Positions 49,625 through 59,427 of a DNA stretch of 64,000 bases are shown here, in pieces (positions within the stretch are counted from its first letter, which is position 1; every line of letters starts with the position of its first letter). The position numbers and the translations under genes are program-made. The notes beneath the pieces were generated by a model, which was given only the letters and a program-made list of their open reading frames with translations, had not been told where the DNA came from and did no database searches. Origin of the DNA: an uncultured Thermoleophilia bacterium (lineage in GTDB: Bacteria; Actinomycetota; Thermoleophilia; UBA2241). Where the stretch lies: assembly GCA_963777895.1 (NCBI GenBank), contig CAVZSF010000003.1, positions 124,989 through 188,988 on the forward strand, read 5' to 3'.

Positions 49625-51081
49625 TCAGCTGCCGGCGAGCTCCCTGTCGGCGCGCGTCACGATGGCGCGCAGCTCCGCGGTCACGTCTTCCGGGAGCGGC
49701 TGCGGCTCGTAGGTCGCAAGGATCTCGTCGGCCATCTCCGTCGCCTTCTCGAGGGCGCCCTTCTTGCCCTCGCGCAGCCACACGTCGTACGGCGTGCGGT
49801 CCCAGACGGTCGGCCGCCAGATCTCCTTCATGTGCTGACGGGTGTGTCTCTCGGCCAGATACGTCCCGTTGGGGCCGACCCGCTTGATCACGTCCAGCGC
49901 CAGCGTTTCGTCGTCGACCTGCACCCCGCCGGCGACCTTCTGCACGATGCCGTAGATCTCGGTCTCCATGATCATGTGCGGGTAGCTCAGGATCTTCGAC
50001 CCGTTGAGCAGGCCGCAGCCGTTCATCATGTCGGCACACGTCATCACGCTCGCGAAGGTGCTCAGGGAGTCGTCGATGGCGGCCTGCCAGTCGGGCTCCT
50101 TGGCGCCGGTGGCCATGGTGCCCATCGCCATCGGGATGCCGTAGAAATGGGCGAGCTGGGTGGAGGCGGCGGCGAGCAGGTAGTCCTCGGGCGAGCCGCC
50201 CGTGTAGCCGCCGGTCTTGAGGTCGATCACGCTCGGGGCGCCGGCGAAGAAGCAGGGTACGCCCGGGAAGGCGAGCTGCAGCATGACGACGCCGCTGAGG
50301 GCCTCGGCGTTCTGGACGACGAGGTTGCCCGCGATCGTGGCCGGCCCCGTGCCGGCGCTGAGCGGCATCGGCATGAAGCCGCTCGCGAGGCCGTGCTCGG
50401 CGGCGACAAGGTTGGCCTCGAGGTTGGGGCCGTCGTGCGCGAGCGGGTCCACGGCGCACTGCATGAAGCTGACGATCGGGCGGCGGCGCAGCTCGTCGGT
50501 CCCGCCGACGATCGCCGCCGCCATCTCAACGAGGTAGCGCGCCGCCTTCTCGCCGACCGTCGTCACCGCCTGGTAGTGCTTGCTCGTGTTGGTGAGCACG
50601 GCCTCAGAGTCGTGGAGCGCCTTGCTCGCGGGCGGCACATCCTGCGACGTGACGACCGGCCCCCAGTAGTAGCTGACGGCCGGGAGCGCGTCGACGAAGC
50701 GGGCGGAGGTGGCGGCGTCGGCCTTGGTCGAGGGCCGCTTCTCGCCGGTGTGGTGGTCGTAGACGAACACGCCGGAGCCGTCGTTCGAGAGGTAACAGTG
50801 GCGCCGGTCGATGAGCATGTCGGCGGCCGCGTCGCGGCCGGCGAGCACGTACTCCTCCGGCGCCTGCTTGACCGCCTCCATGACGACGGCGCGCGGGAAG
50901 CGGACGACCTGCGTCGCCCTGTCGACCGCGCAGCCGCCCTTCTCGAGGACGTCCAGGGCGCGTGCGCTCGGGAAGCGCACGCCCGTCTCCTCCATCACCT
51001 CGAGCGTGGCTTCGTGGATGCGTTCGAGCTCGGACGGCGAGAGCACGTCCCAGCGGAGCTTCGGTTCGATGGGGTTGATCC
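49625..51081 (-). CDS. MttB-superfamily methyltransferase with no internal amber codon (presumed non-pyrrolysine), tandem copy B
   Basis: Start MTARINPIEPKLRWDVLSPSELERIHEATLEVMEETGV… (GAGG before ATG). C-terminal …DDETLALDVIKRVGPNGTYLAERHTRQHM…PLPEDVTAELRAIV. Confidence 0.85.
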
Positions 51082-51126
51082 TTGCAGTCATCTGGACCTC
51101 ACGATGGGTACTTGTCTGGGACGTTC

Positions 51127-52540
51127 TCAGGCGGTCGGGCGGGACGCCTCCACCTCGGCGAGGATGCGGTCGAGTCCGGCCTTCACCTCGTCGCCCAGCT
51201 CGAAGGCGCGCGGCTCGGCGCGAAGCGCCGCCACGCGCGCCCGCAGGCGGTCGACCAGGGTCGGACGACCCTTCCTCCACCCAGTGGGCGTGGCGCGAGG
51301 TGTCGAAGAGGTCGCTCTGCCAGATCCCGCGGAAGTGCTTGCGCGTGTACGGCCGGGCCAGGTGGCTGCCGCCCGGCCCCACCGCCGCGATCTCTTCGAG
51401 GGCGAGCGCGTCGTCGTCGACCGGCAGCGGCGCCATGAACGCCTTGGCGTACCCGATGAGCTCGTTGCCGAAGAGGATCGACTCGTAGCTGCTCTGCAGC
51501 CCTGCCTCGAGGTAGCCCACGTCGTGGAGCAGCGTCGCCCGCGAGAGCAGGCCGGTGACGGCGGTGATCGCGGCCTCGGCGCTCCACTGCCCGTCGAGCG
51601 ACTTGCTGTCGCTGTGCGCGGCGTAGCTGAAGCTCGGCAGGTCGTACCAGCGGGCGAGGTCGGTCTGCGCCTGATAGCCCTGGATCGGGCCGGCGGACGC
51701 GTACACCTCGTTCATCGTGCGCATGTTCATGGCGCCGACGCCGACACCCCACACGAAGGGAGCGCCGGGCTTGACCGCCTGGCTCAGCACGAGGCCCGCC
51801 AGGGTCTCGGCGTTGGCGACCACGATGACGGCCGCGATGCTGGCCGGCGCCGTCGTGCCCGCGTTCGGCGCCGGCGCCCAGATCAGCGGGATGTCGAGCT
51901 CGGCGCACGCCATGACCTTGCTGGCGCCGTCCTCGTCGAACATGAGCGGCGGCACGGGCATGGCGTAGATGCCGAAGCTGCCCGCCTCTCCAGCCAGGGC
52001 GCACATCTCCTTCATCCGGCCCAGGATGTGGCCGTCGCGCGGCGCCACCAGGAGCGGCTTGCGCGTGCCGCGCACCATGGCGTCCACCTGCGCCAGGTCG
52101 TCGATCGCCTGGGGCACGTCCTCCGGCAGTCCCATGCTCATCACGAAGTCGATGTTAGGCAGCTTCTCGCAGAGCGCCGCCTGGCCCTCGACGTCGGCCT
52201 TCACGACGCGGCGGCGCTCACGCGTGTCGGGGTCGCAGATATAGAGCACGTCGGAGCCGGTGCCGCAGTAGGTATGACGGGCGTCCAGCACGAGCGGCTC
52301 GGTCGTGCCGCCGCGCGGCTTCAGCTGACAGCCCCGCGACGCGCTCTTGAGGGCCGCCTCGACGAGGTCGGCCGGGATGCGCACGCGTGTCCCGTCGACG
52401 CGCGCGCCGGCGCGCGCGAAGGTCTCGACCGCCGGCGCATAGCGCACCTCGATGCCCGTCTCGGCGAGCACCTGCAGGGTGGCCTCGTGCGCCCGGCGAC
52501 AGGCGTCGTCGCCCCAGATGGTCAGGCGAGCTTCGTTCAC
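51127..52540 (-). CDS. MttB-superfamily methyltransferase with no internal amber codon (presumed non-pyrrolysine), tandem copy A. Apparent one-base insertion in the GGG run at 51269-51271.
   Basis: MNEARLTIWGDDACRRAHEATLQVLAETGIEV… through …DDALALEEIAAVGPGGSHLARPYTRKHF…HAHWVEEG, then a frame change to …RPTLVDRLRARVAALRAEPRAFELGDEVKAGLDRILAEVEA*, a plausible family C-terminus. In the unshifted frame the ORF reads through into copy B. Confidence 0.75.
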
Positions 52541-52819
52541 CGTGCACCTCCTCCAGTGTGGGCGACCCCGCCGTCGCTGACGCGGCGAGGTTCACCTCAG
52601 GATCGTCGGATCGAAAACAGCGGCGGGCCGCCGGCCGCCGGCGCGCTGCGCCGGCCGCGGCGGCCTTAGTGGCCGAACGTGAAGTAGATGTGACTGACCG
52701 TCCCCCGGCTCACGGGGCGACTCTAGCACGGAAGCTTGGGCGAAGTTCGCGCGTGCGACGCCGAGGCCTTTACGCCGCACGCCCCTCGGCCATAGCCTCT
52801 GCTGCGCAGACCGAAGGGA

Positions 52820-54316
52820 GTGCCGATGAAGCGCAACCTGCACGCCGGCCACCCGCGGAGGGGTGGCCTCAGCCTCAACGTCTTCACCGAGGCAGAGCTC
52901 GACGACATCCACCTCGCGTCCCTCGAGGTGCTGGAGCGCACCGGGATGTGGGTCGAGGACGACGAGGCGCTCGCCATCTTCGCGGACGGCGGCTGCCGCG
53001 TGGACCGCGAGAGCCGGATGGTCCGGATCCCGCCGCACGTCGTCGAGGACGCGATACGCAGCGCGCCACCGCTCTTCGTGCTCGCCGGGCGCGACCCGGC
53101 CAACGACATCGTGCTCGAGCCCAGCCGCGTGTCGTTCTGCAACTTCGACGAAGGCATCATGGTCAACGACCTGCGCAGCGGCGAGCATCGCGAGCCCACT
53201 CTGAGCGACATCGCCGAGTTCGCCCGCCTGGTGGACGCGCTGCCGCACATCGACTGCTACGAGCCCGCCGCGGGACCGTCCGACGTGCCGCACGAGACAG
53301 CGGTCCTGCACGGCACCGAGGCCGCCCTGCACAACTGCACGAAGTGCGTCGGCACCGAGGCCATTTCGGCGTGGGAGGTCCGCAAGGTCCTCGAGATGGC
53401 GGTCGCCGTCATGGGTAGCGAAGATGCCCTCCGCGAACGGCCGATCGTAGGCTTCGGCTGCTGCCCCGTGAGCCCGCTGAAGCTGCCGCACGACGCCACC
53501 GAGGTGATCGTCGAGACGGCACGCCGGGGCATCCCCTGCGGCGTGCTCTCGATGGCGATGTCCGGCGGGTCTTCCCCCGTAACGCTGGACGGCACGCTCG
53601 TGCTGCACAACGCGGAGGTCCTTGCCGGCATCACACTCTCGCAGCTCACAGAACGGGGCGCCCCGGTCGACTACGGGACCTCGACCACGGCCATGGACAT
53701 GAAGCTGGCGGCGGCGAGTGTCGGGTCGCCGGAGCTGGCCCTGTTCAGCGCCGCCGTGGCGCAGATGGCGCGACGGTACCTGATCCCGAGCTTCGTGGCG
53801 GGGTTGTAGGCGGATTCGAAGCTCGGTGACGCGCAGACCGGTCACGAGAAGACCCTCACCGGCCTGATGGCTGCGTTGGCAGGGGCCAACCAGATCTACG
53901 GGGCGGGGATGATCGAGTCGGGCGTCACCTTCGACGGAGCGCAGCTCGTTATGGACGACGAGATCGCCGGGATGATCAAGCACTGTGTCATGGGCATTTC
54001 TGTGAGCGACCCCACCATGGCGGTGGAGGACATCGCCGAGGTCGGACCGTTCGGGGACTTCTTGAGCCTGGACGCGACACTGCGGCACATGCGGGCACTC
54101 AGCCAGCCGGCGCTGCTCGACCGTCGCGTGCGCGAGGACTGGGAGGAGCGCGGCGCCAGCGACCTGTACGCGAGGGCGCAGGCGAAGGCCCTCGAGATCG
54201 TCGAGGGCCACAAGCCCGCGCCGCTCGACCCCGACGCGGCGCGGCAGATCCGCGCCATCGTCGAGACCGCCGACCGTGAACGCGGCGTGGTCGCCCCGCC
54301 CGTCCAGTACACCTAG
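52820..54316 (+). CDS. mttB: Trimethylamine methyltransferase MttB of the pyrrolysine type, with an in-frame amber codon (TAG 53807-53809) at the position expected for pyrrolysine
   Basis: GGGAG RBS. Continuous frame over 498 codons, interrupted only by TAG at codon ~330. Flanking sequence …LSMAMSGGSSPVTLDGTLVLHNAEVLAGITLSQLT…[70 protein letters not shown]… closely matches archaeal and bacterial Pyl-containing MttB around Pyl334 (495-aa M. barkeri protein), as far as I can recall without an alignment. The gene also terminates with TAG. Confidence 0.75.
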
Positions 54317-54419
54317 AAGGGGCAGGCGTCCGGGTGACGCACGGGCGGGCACACGTCGACACGCGGGCGATGGGTTGCTCGCCGATCCGACGCCATTGCG
54401 CGCGAAGGCTCGAGCGGTC

Positions 54420-54475
54420 CAGAACGGCGACGGGGCGGACGGCGCTGATGCGCCGCCCGCCCCGTCGCCGTTCTG
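54420..54475. terminator. Long GC hairpin between convergent mttB and the ABC ATPase gene
   Basis: CAGAACGGCGACGGGGCGG…CCGCCCGCCCCGTCGCCGTTCTG with a ~14-nt loop. Confidence 0.5.
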
Positions 54476-54493
54476 CGGCTGCGCCCGCCGCGC

Positions 54494-55579
54494 TCAGTCG
54501 GTATCGTTCGGGTCGGGCAGGTACGTCGTCGTGTGCGGAGGCTGCGGCGATGTGCCGTGCGGGGGGATCTCCGCCGAGGTAGGCTGGCGCCCCTCGGCGC
54601 CCGCGAGGTCCGCTTCCGGCGCCTCGCCGGTCCCCACGTCCACGAGCTCGTCGCCGCGGTCGAGCGGCATCTCACCGCCCGGGCCGGGGCCTGTCGGCAT
54701 CTTGGGCAGGTCCGTCCCGGCCTCCGCGATCGGACTGTCGCCCCCCGGCTCCGTGATCCCGAGCTCGGCCGCGTGCCGGGGGTCGACCTCGGGGAGGATG
54801 TGGCGCAGGAACTGGCGGGTGCGCGGGTCCTTGGGGTTGAAGAAGACCTCGTCCGGCCGGCCCTGCTCGATGAAGAGGCCGTCGTCCATGTAGACGACGC
54901 GGTCCGCCACGTCGCGCGCGAAGCCCATCTCGTGACTCACGACGATCATCGTCATGCCGCCCTCGGCGAGCTCCTTCATGACCTTGAGGACCTCACCGAT
55001 CAGCTCGGGGTCGAGGGCGCTGGTCGGCTCGTCGAAGAGCATCAGCAGCGGGTCCATCGCCAGCGCGCGGGCGATGGCCACCCGCTGCTTCTGGCCGCCC
55101 GAGAGCTGGCTCGGGAAGTAGTCGACGCGCTCGGCGAGGCCGACCTTTCCCAGCAGCTCGCGGGCACGCTTGACGGCCGCTTCCTTGTTCTCGCCCTTCA
55201 CGAGGATCGGCCCCTCGACCACGTTCTCGGTGGCGTCCTTGTGAGGGAAGAGGTTGAACTCCTGGAAGACCATGCCGCACTTCAGGCGGATCTCGCGAAC
55301 GGCGTGCTGGAAGGCCTTGCCGTGATCGCCGCACTTGGCGTGCACGCCGCCGATGGTGATGTCGCCGGTCGTCGGGTCCTCGAGGAAGTTCAGGCAGCGC
55401 AGGAAGGTGCTCTTGCCCGAGCCGGACGGCCCGATGAGGACCACCACCTCGCCGCGCCGCACCTCGAGGTCGACGCCCTTGAGGACGTGGTTCTTGCCGA
55501 AGTACTTCTGCAGCCCTTCGACCTTGACGACGAGCTCGTCGCCGGCGCGCGGGGCGCTCGAGGGAGACGGTGTGGCCAT
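54494..55579 (-). CDS. Polar amino-acid ABC transporter ATP-binding protein (GlnQ/HisP-like) with an acidic/Pro-rich C-terminal tail
   Basis: Walker [25 protein letters not shown], and the H-loop region. Confidence 0.85.
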   Translation of the reverse strand: MATPSPSSAPRAGDELVVKVEGLQKYFGKNHVLKGVDLEVRRGEVVVLIGPSGSGKSTFLRCLNFLEDPTTGDITIGGVHAKCGDHGKAFQHAVREIRLKCGMVFQEFNLFPHKDATENVVEGPILVKGENKEAAVKRARELLGKVGLAERVDYFPSQLSGGQKQRVAIARALAMDPLLMLFDEPTSALDPELIGEVLKVMKELAEGGMTMIVVSHEMGFARDVADRVVYMDDGLFIEQGRPDEVFFNPKDPRTRQFLRHILPEVDPRHAAELGITEPGGDSPIAEAGTDLPKMPTGPGPGGEMPLDRGDELVDVGTGEAPEADLAGAEGRQPTSAEIPPHGTSPQPPHTTTYLPDPNDTD

Positions 55580-55580
55580 G

Positions 55581-56795
55581 TTACTGCCCCCTTGTCTTGT
55601 CGCGCTCCATGCGGCGCTCGAGCTTCGCCTGCCAGAAGCTGAAGAAGATGGTCAGCGCCCAGTAGAAGGCGGCGGCGACCACGAGCGTCGAAAGGAAGTT
55701 GAAGGTCGCCGCCCCGGCGAGCTGAGAGCGCCGCAGCAGCTCCTCGACGGTGATCACCGACACGAGCGACGTGTCCTTGATGAGGGCGATGAAGTCGTTG
55801 CCCACGGCGGGGATCACGATCTTGAACGCCTGCGGCAGCACGATCCGGCGGCTGGTCTGCCAGCTGCTCAGGCCCAGCGCCCAAGCGGCTTCGGTCTGGC
55901 CTTTCGGCACGGCCTGGATGCCGGCGCGGAAGACCTCGGTGAGATAGGCCCCGTAGTTCAGCGACAGGGCCGCGACACCGGCCCAGAACGCCGGCGGGTT
56001 GTAGCTCTCGGAAAGACCGAGACGCTGCACGACCTCGGGCGTCACCTGGTAGATGAAGATGATCTGCAGGAGCAGCGGCGTGCCGCGAAAGAGTGACGTG
56101 TAGAAGGTCGCGGTCCAGTAGGGGATTCGTCCCAGGACCATGCGCCACATGTAGCCCCAGCTCTGGTACCGCGCCCACGCCTGCTTGAAGCTCATCTTCT
56201 TGGAAAGCCGCCCAAGCGCGCCCAGCAAAGCGAGGATGCAAGCCAGAAGGATCGAGACCACCGTCAGGGCGACGGTGTTGATCGCTCCTTGCGCGATGAA
56301 GCGGAACCACGTGCGCATGATGTCCAGGCTGAAGAGCTTGCCGCCCCCGGCCTCACCCTGTGAGGCAAAGCTCCAGGAGTACTCGACGGTCTCACCAGTC
56401 GTGGTCACCAGAATGACTTTGAAGTCGTAGTCGCCCTCGGGATAGCTCTGGTCCAACTTGAACATGATCCCGGAGGTGGCCCGCGAGATGGCCGGCACCT
56501 CGCTGGGCGGCTTCGTGAGCGCCTGCTGCTTCCCGTTGATGAACAGCTGGCACTTTTCGAACGCGAGGGCGGCGCCGTTCGGGTCGTAGTTGACGATGAC
56601 CTGGTCGCCCGTCCAGTTCTCGCCACCCTTGGGGTCGTCGGGGTTCGGGATCACGCCCGTGACCTCGGGCACGCCCGAGCCCTTGACAGGGGCCGGCGAG
56701 GGCGAGTCGGCAGCCATCGCCGTGGCCGCCGTCATGAGCGCGAGCGTCAGGAGGACGGCCAGGAGAACGGCGAACGCTGAGCGTCGTCTGTGCAT
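55581..56795 (-). CDS. Amino-acid ABC transporter permease (HisM/GlnP-like) with a ~170-aa N-terminal extracytoplasmic domain
   Basis: Signal peptide plus a secreted domain, then a permease core with an EAA-like loop (…[26 protein letters not shown]…). Confidence 0.8.
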   Translation of the reverse strand: MHRRRSAFAVLLAVLLTLALMTAATAMAADSPSPAPVKGSGVPEVTGVIPNPDDPKGGENWTGDQVIVNYDPNGAALAFEKCQLFINGKQQALTKPPSEVPAISRATSGIMFKLDQSYPEGDYDFKVILVTTTGETVEYSWSFASQGEAGGGKLFSLDIMRTWFRFIAQGAINTVALTVVSILLACILALLGALGRLSKKMSFKQAWARYQSWGYMWRMVLGRIPYWTATFYTSLFRGTPLLLQIIFIYQVTPEVVQRLGLSESYNPPAFWAGVAALSLNYGAYLTEVFRAGIQAVPKGQTEAAWALGLSSWQTSRRIVLPQAFKIVIPAVGNDFIALIKDTSLVSVITVEELLRRSQLAGAATFNFLSTLVVAAAFYWALTIFFSFWQAKLERRMERDKTRGQ

Positions 56796-56906
56796 CGGCG
56801 ATGACCTCTTCTCGTCACGTGAGGACTGCGGCGGGGGTCCAGTGCAGACCCCCGCCGCAGCCAGCTCGATGGTTCAACCGGCCGCAGGCCGGAGCATCGG
56901 TCCCTG

Positions 56907-57785
56907 CTACTTGACCGTCAGATCGAGGCCGTTGTACCACTTCTTGGACATCTCGGTCAGCGACCCATCTTCGTGCATGGTCGTGATCGAGTAGTCCAGG
57001 AGCTTCACCCAGTCGGCTTCGCCCTCCGCGACGGCGAAGGCGAGGTCCTCGTAGTACAGCGGCTTGCCGGAGAACTCGAAGGGCTTGCCCTCGAGGATCG
57101 CCTGCTGACCGGTCGGACCGGCCGTCATCACGAAGTCCAGGTTGCCGTTCTGCAGGTCCGGGAAGGCGCTCGCGTCGGTGTCGTACGTCCTTACCTTGGC
57201 GTCGCTCTCGCTCTTGAGGTAGTCGTAGTACGTCGTGGCGGCGCCGACGCCGACGCTCTTGCCGGCGAGGTCGGCGAGGCCGGCGATCTGCGGGCCGCCC
57301 TCCTTCACGAAGACCTGACCGGAGGCGTAATAGTACGGCTGCGTGAAGTCAAGGGTCTTGTCGCGTGCGGGGGTGATCGTCATCGAGCCGATCGAGACGT
57401 CGTAGCGCCCCTGGTTGAGGGCGGCGGGGATGGTCTCCCACGCGGGGTTCTCGAACTGCACCTGGAGGCCGAGGAGCTCGGCCATCTTCTTGGCGACGTC
57501 GACGTCGAACCCGACGAGATCGCCGGTGGCCTCATCGATGGAGCTCTGCGGAGCATAGTTGGCGTCGTTCGCCACGACGACCGTGCCCTTGTCCACGATC
57601 TCCTTCGCAACGCCCGTCGGCTCATGGCCGAGGATGGTCGCGGCGCGCTCGGCCGCGGAGCCGCTCACGGCCGTTGCGGCCGCGTCGGCGGTATCGTCGC
57701 TGCTGCTGCCGCACGCAGCCAAACCGAACGCCAGCGCCAGTGCGAGCACAAGCAGCGCCGCGACGAGAGTCTTCCCCTTGCTCAT
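56907..57785 (-). CDS. Amino-acid ABC transporter substrate-binding lipoprotein (SBP family 3)
   Basis: Start MSKGKTLVAALLVLALALAFGLAACGSS (lipobox). PBP type 2 fold motifs. Confidence 0.8.
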   Translation of the reverse strand: MSKGKTLVAALLVLALALAFGLAACGSSSDDTADAAATAVSGSAAERAATILGHEPTGVAKEIVDKGTVVVANDANYAPQSSIDEATGDLVGFDVDVAKKMAELLGLQVQFENPAWETIPAALNQGRYDVSIGSMTITPARDKTLDFTQPYYYASGQVFVKEGGPQIAGLADLAGKSVGVGAATTYYDYLKSESDAKVRTYDTDASAFPDLQNGNLDFVMTAGPTGQQAILEGKPFEFSGKPLYYEDLAFAVAEGEADWVKLLDYSITTMHEDGSLTEMSKKWYNGLDLTVK

Positions 57786-57992
57786 CTGACCGTCCTTTTT
57801 CGGAGTTCCCCTGGTGGCCACCGACACTGCCGCGGATGAGCGCTTCGCACCGTCTGGCGACGGGTCGTCGATCGCGCCCTTACGGCTGCTGTCGCTTCGC
57901 TTTATACAGCACGCCAGATGGATTACAACCGGGGTCCAGCGGCCAAGACGCTACGCGCACGGCCATTTGGTTTGAGGCTAATCTTCCGGATA

Positions 57993-59384
57993 CTACGAGC
58001 GCGAGCGTACGTGCAACGCTATGAAGATATGCAGGCGAGCCGCTTGAAGTTCGTGATCGACGGCGGCGGGCAGTCGCGGGGGCTGGTGGGTGGCGAGGAT
58101 CGCCGCGACGCGGGCGTGCGCCGCGGCGACAGAGGACCCGCCTGCGCGCCTGGGACCTCGCAACGGCGGGCCGGCGACCGGCGCCGCAGGCGCCGCGGGC
58201 CGGCCCAGCCCCGTGAGATCGAGGCCCGCCACCACCTCGCGCGCCTGCGTCAGCGCGTCGGCCGCCAGGGCCATCTCCTCGTAGCTGAAGATGCGGCCAC
58301 CGGAGACCATGCCGACACCAGTGAGCATGTCGACGCCGGCCACGACCGAGAGGAAGGTCGTCGTCGTGTCGTCGAGGGCCGACTGCCAGGACGGCGCCTT
58401 CGCCCCGGATGAGTTCACCCCGCACTGCGTCGGCAGGCCGTAGAAGCGGCCGATCTGGCCGACGGCGGCGGCCATGAGGGTGTCTTCCGGGGCGCCGCCC
58501 GTGAAGTCGCCCGTCTTCAGGTCCATGACGCTCGGGATGAAGCAGATGAAGACCGGGGCGCCGGGCACGGCGGCCTCGATGACGGCGACCGCGCTGAGCG
58601 CCTCGGCGATGCCGACCACGAGAGAGCCGGCCATGGTGATCGGCGTGGTCGAGCCGCCCATCGGCATGGTGACGAAGCCGATGGGCACGCCGGCCGCCGC
58701 GAACTCGAGACCGGCCTCGAGGGTGCCGGCGTCGTTCCCCAGTGGTGTGACCGTTCCGAGCAGCGCCGAGATAGGCGGCTCCCTGCGCAGCCGCTCTTCG
58801 TCGCCCTCGCAGAGCGCCAGCGCCATCGCCACCGCCGTGCGCGCCATCCCGGGCTCGACGACCGTGACGGTCTGCACGTGCTTGCCGGTGTTGGCCAGAG
58901 CGAGGTAGAGCTCGTGCAGGCCGCGCACCTCCGCCGGCCTGTCCTGCGCGCTGACCGCCGGCCAGCAGAAGTCGATCTCCGGCATCGCGTCCACGACCCG
59001 CGCGATCGCCGCGACGTCCTCCGCGGTCGTGCTCCGCTTTCCGCCATCAGTGACGTCGTAGATCTCGACGCAGCAGCCGTCGCTGGTCATGAGCGAGCGA
59101 TGGCCGGTCTCGAGAGGCGCCGCCGCGCGCGCGCCGAGCGTGAACCGCGGCGGCGCAAGGCCGACCAGACGCCGCACCAGCTCGGCCGGCAACCAGACCC
59201 GCTGCTCTTCGGCCTTCGCCCCCTGCGCCACGAGCGCCGCCCGGGCACGTTCAGAGGGGATGAAGACGCCGACCTCGGCAAGCACCTCGAGGGCGGCCTC
59301 GTCGAGCCGCCGCAGATCGTCGCCCGTGAAGAGCGGCGCGGGCACGGCCGTGCCCGCCTTGTGTCCCTGGGTCGTCATCGCCAC
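57993..59384 (-). CDS. Divergent MttB-superfamily homolog with a shortened, low-complexity C-terminal region
   Basis: MTTQGHKAGTAVPAPLFTGDDLRRLDEAALEVLAEVGVFIP… and …VTMPMGGSTTPITMAGSLVVGIAEALSAVAVIEAAVPGAPV…. The C-terminus lacks about 35-80 residues of the canonical VGPGG…HT region and contains PAAPAAPVAGPP. Confidence 0.6.
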   Translation of the reverse strand: MAMTTQGHKAGTAVPAPLFTGDDLRRLDEAALEVLAEVGVFIPSERARAALVAQGAKAEEQRVWLPAELVRRLVGLAPPRFTLGARAAAPLETGHRSLMTSDGCCVEIYDVTDGGKRSTTAEDVAAIARVVDAMPEIDFCWPAVSAQDRPAEVRGLHELYLALANTGKHVQTVTVVEPGMARTAVAMALALCEGDEERLRREPPISALLGTVTPLGNDAGTLEAGLEFAAAGVPIGFVTMPMGGSTTPITMAGSLVVGIAEALSAVAVIEAAVPGAPVFICFIPSVMDLKTGDFTGGAPEDTLMAAAVGQIGRFYGLPTQCGVNSSGAKAPSWQSALDDTTTTFLSVVAGVDMLTGVGMVSGGRIFSYEEMALAADALTQAREVVAGLDLTGLGRPAAPAAPVAGPPLRGPRRAGGSSVAAAHARVAAILATHQPPRLPAAVDHELQAARLHIFIALHVRSRS

Positions 59385-59427
59385 CGTCCGCCTGTCGTCT
59401 GGCGGGGCCTGGTCGCCCCGGCCCCGC

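Noticed and set aside
49625-52540. 971-aa ORF suggesting a fused double-MttB protein
   Set aside because: The two MttB modules are separated by a proper stop (TGA ~51127) in the corrected frame and a 45-nt spacer with its own RBS. The apparent fusion is read-through caused by the one-base indel at 51269-51271.
53807-53809. In-frame TAG in mttB as a simple nonsense mutation or sequencing error
   Set aside because: This was not dismissed outright. The other lesions in the window are indels, not substitutions. This TAG falls exactly at the conserved Pyl position with perfect frame continuity. It is therefore kept as a putative Pyl codon rather than called a pseudogene.
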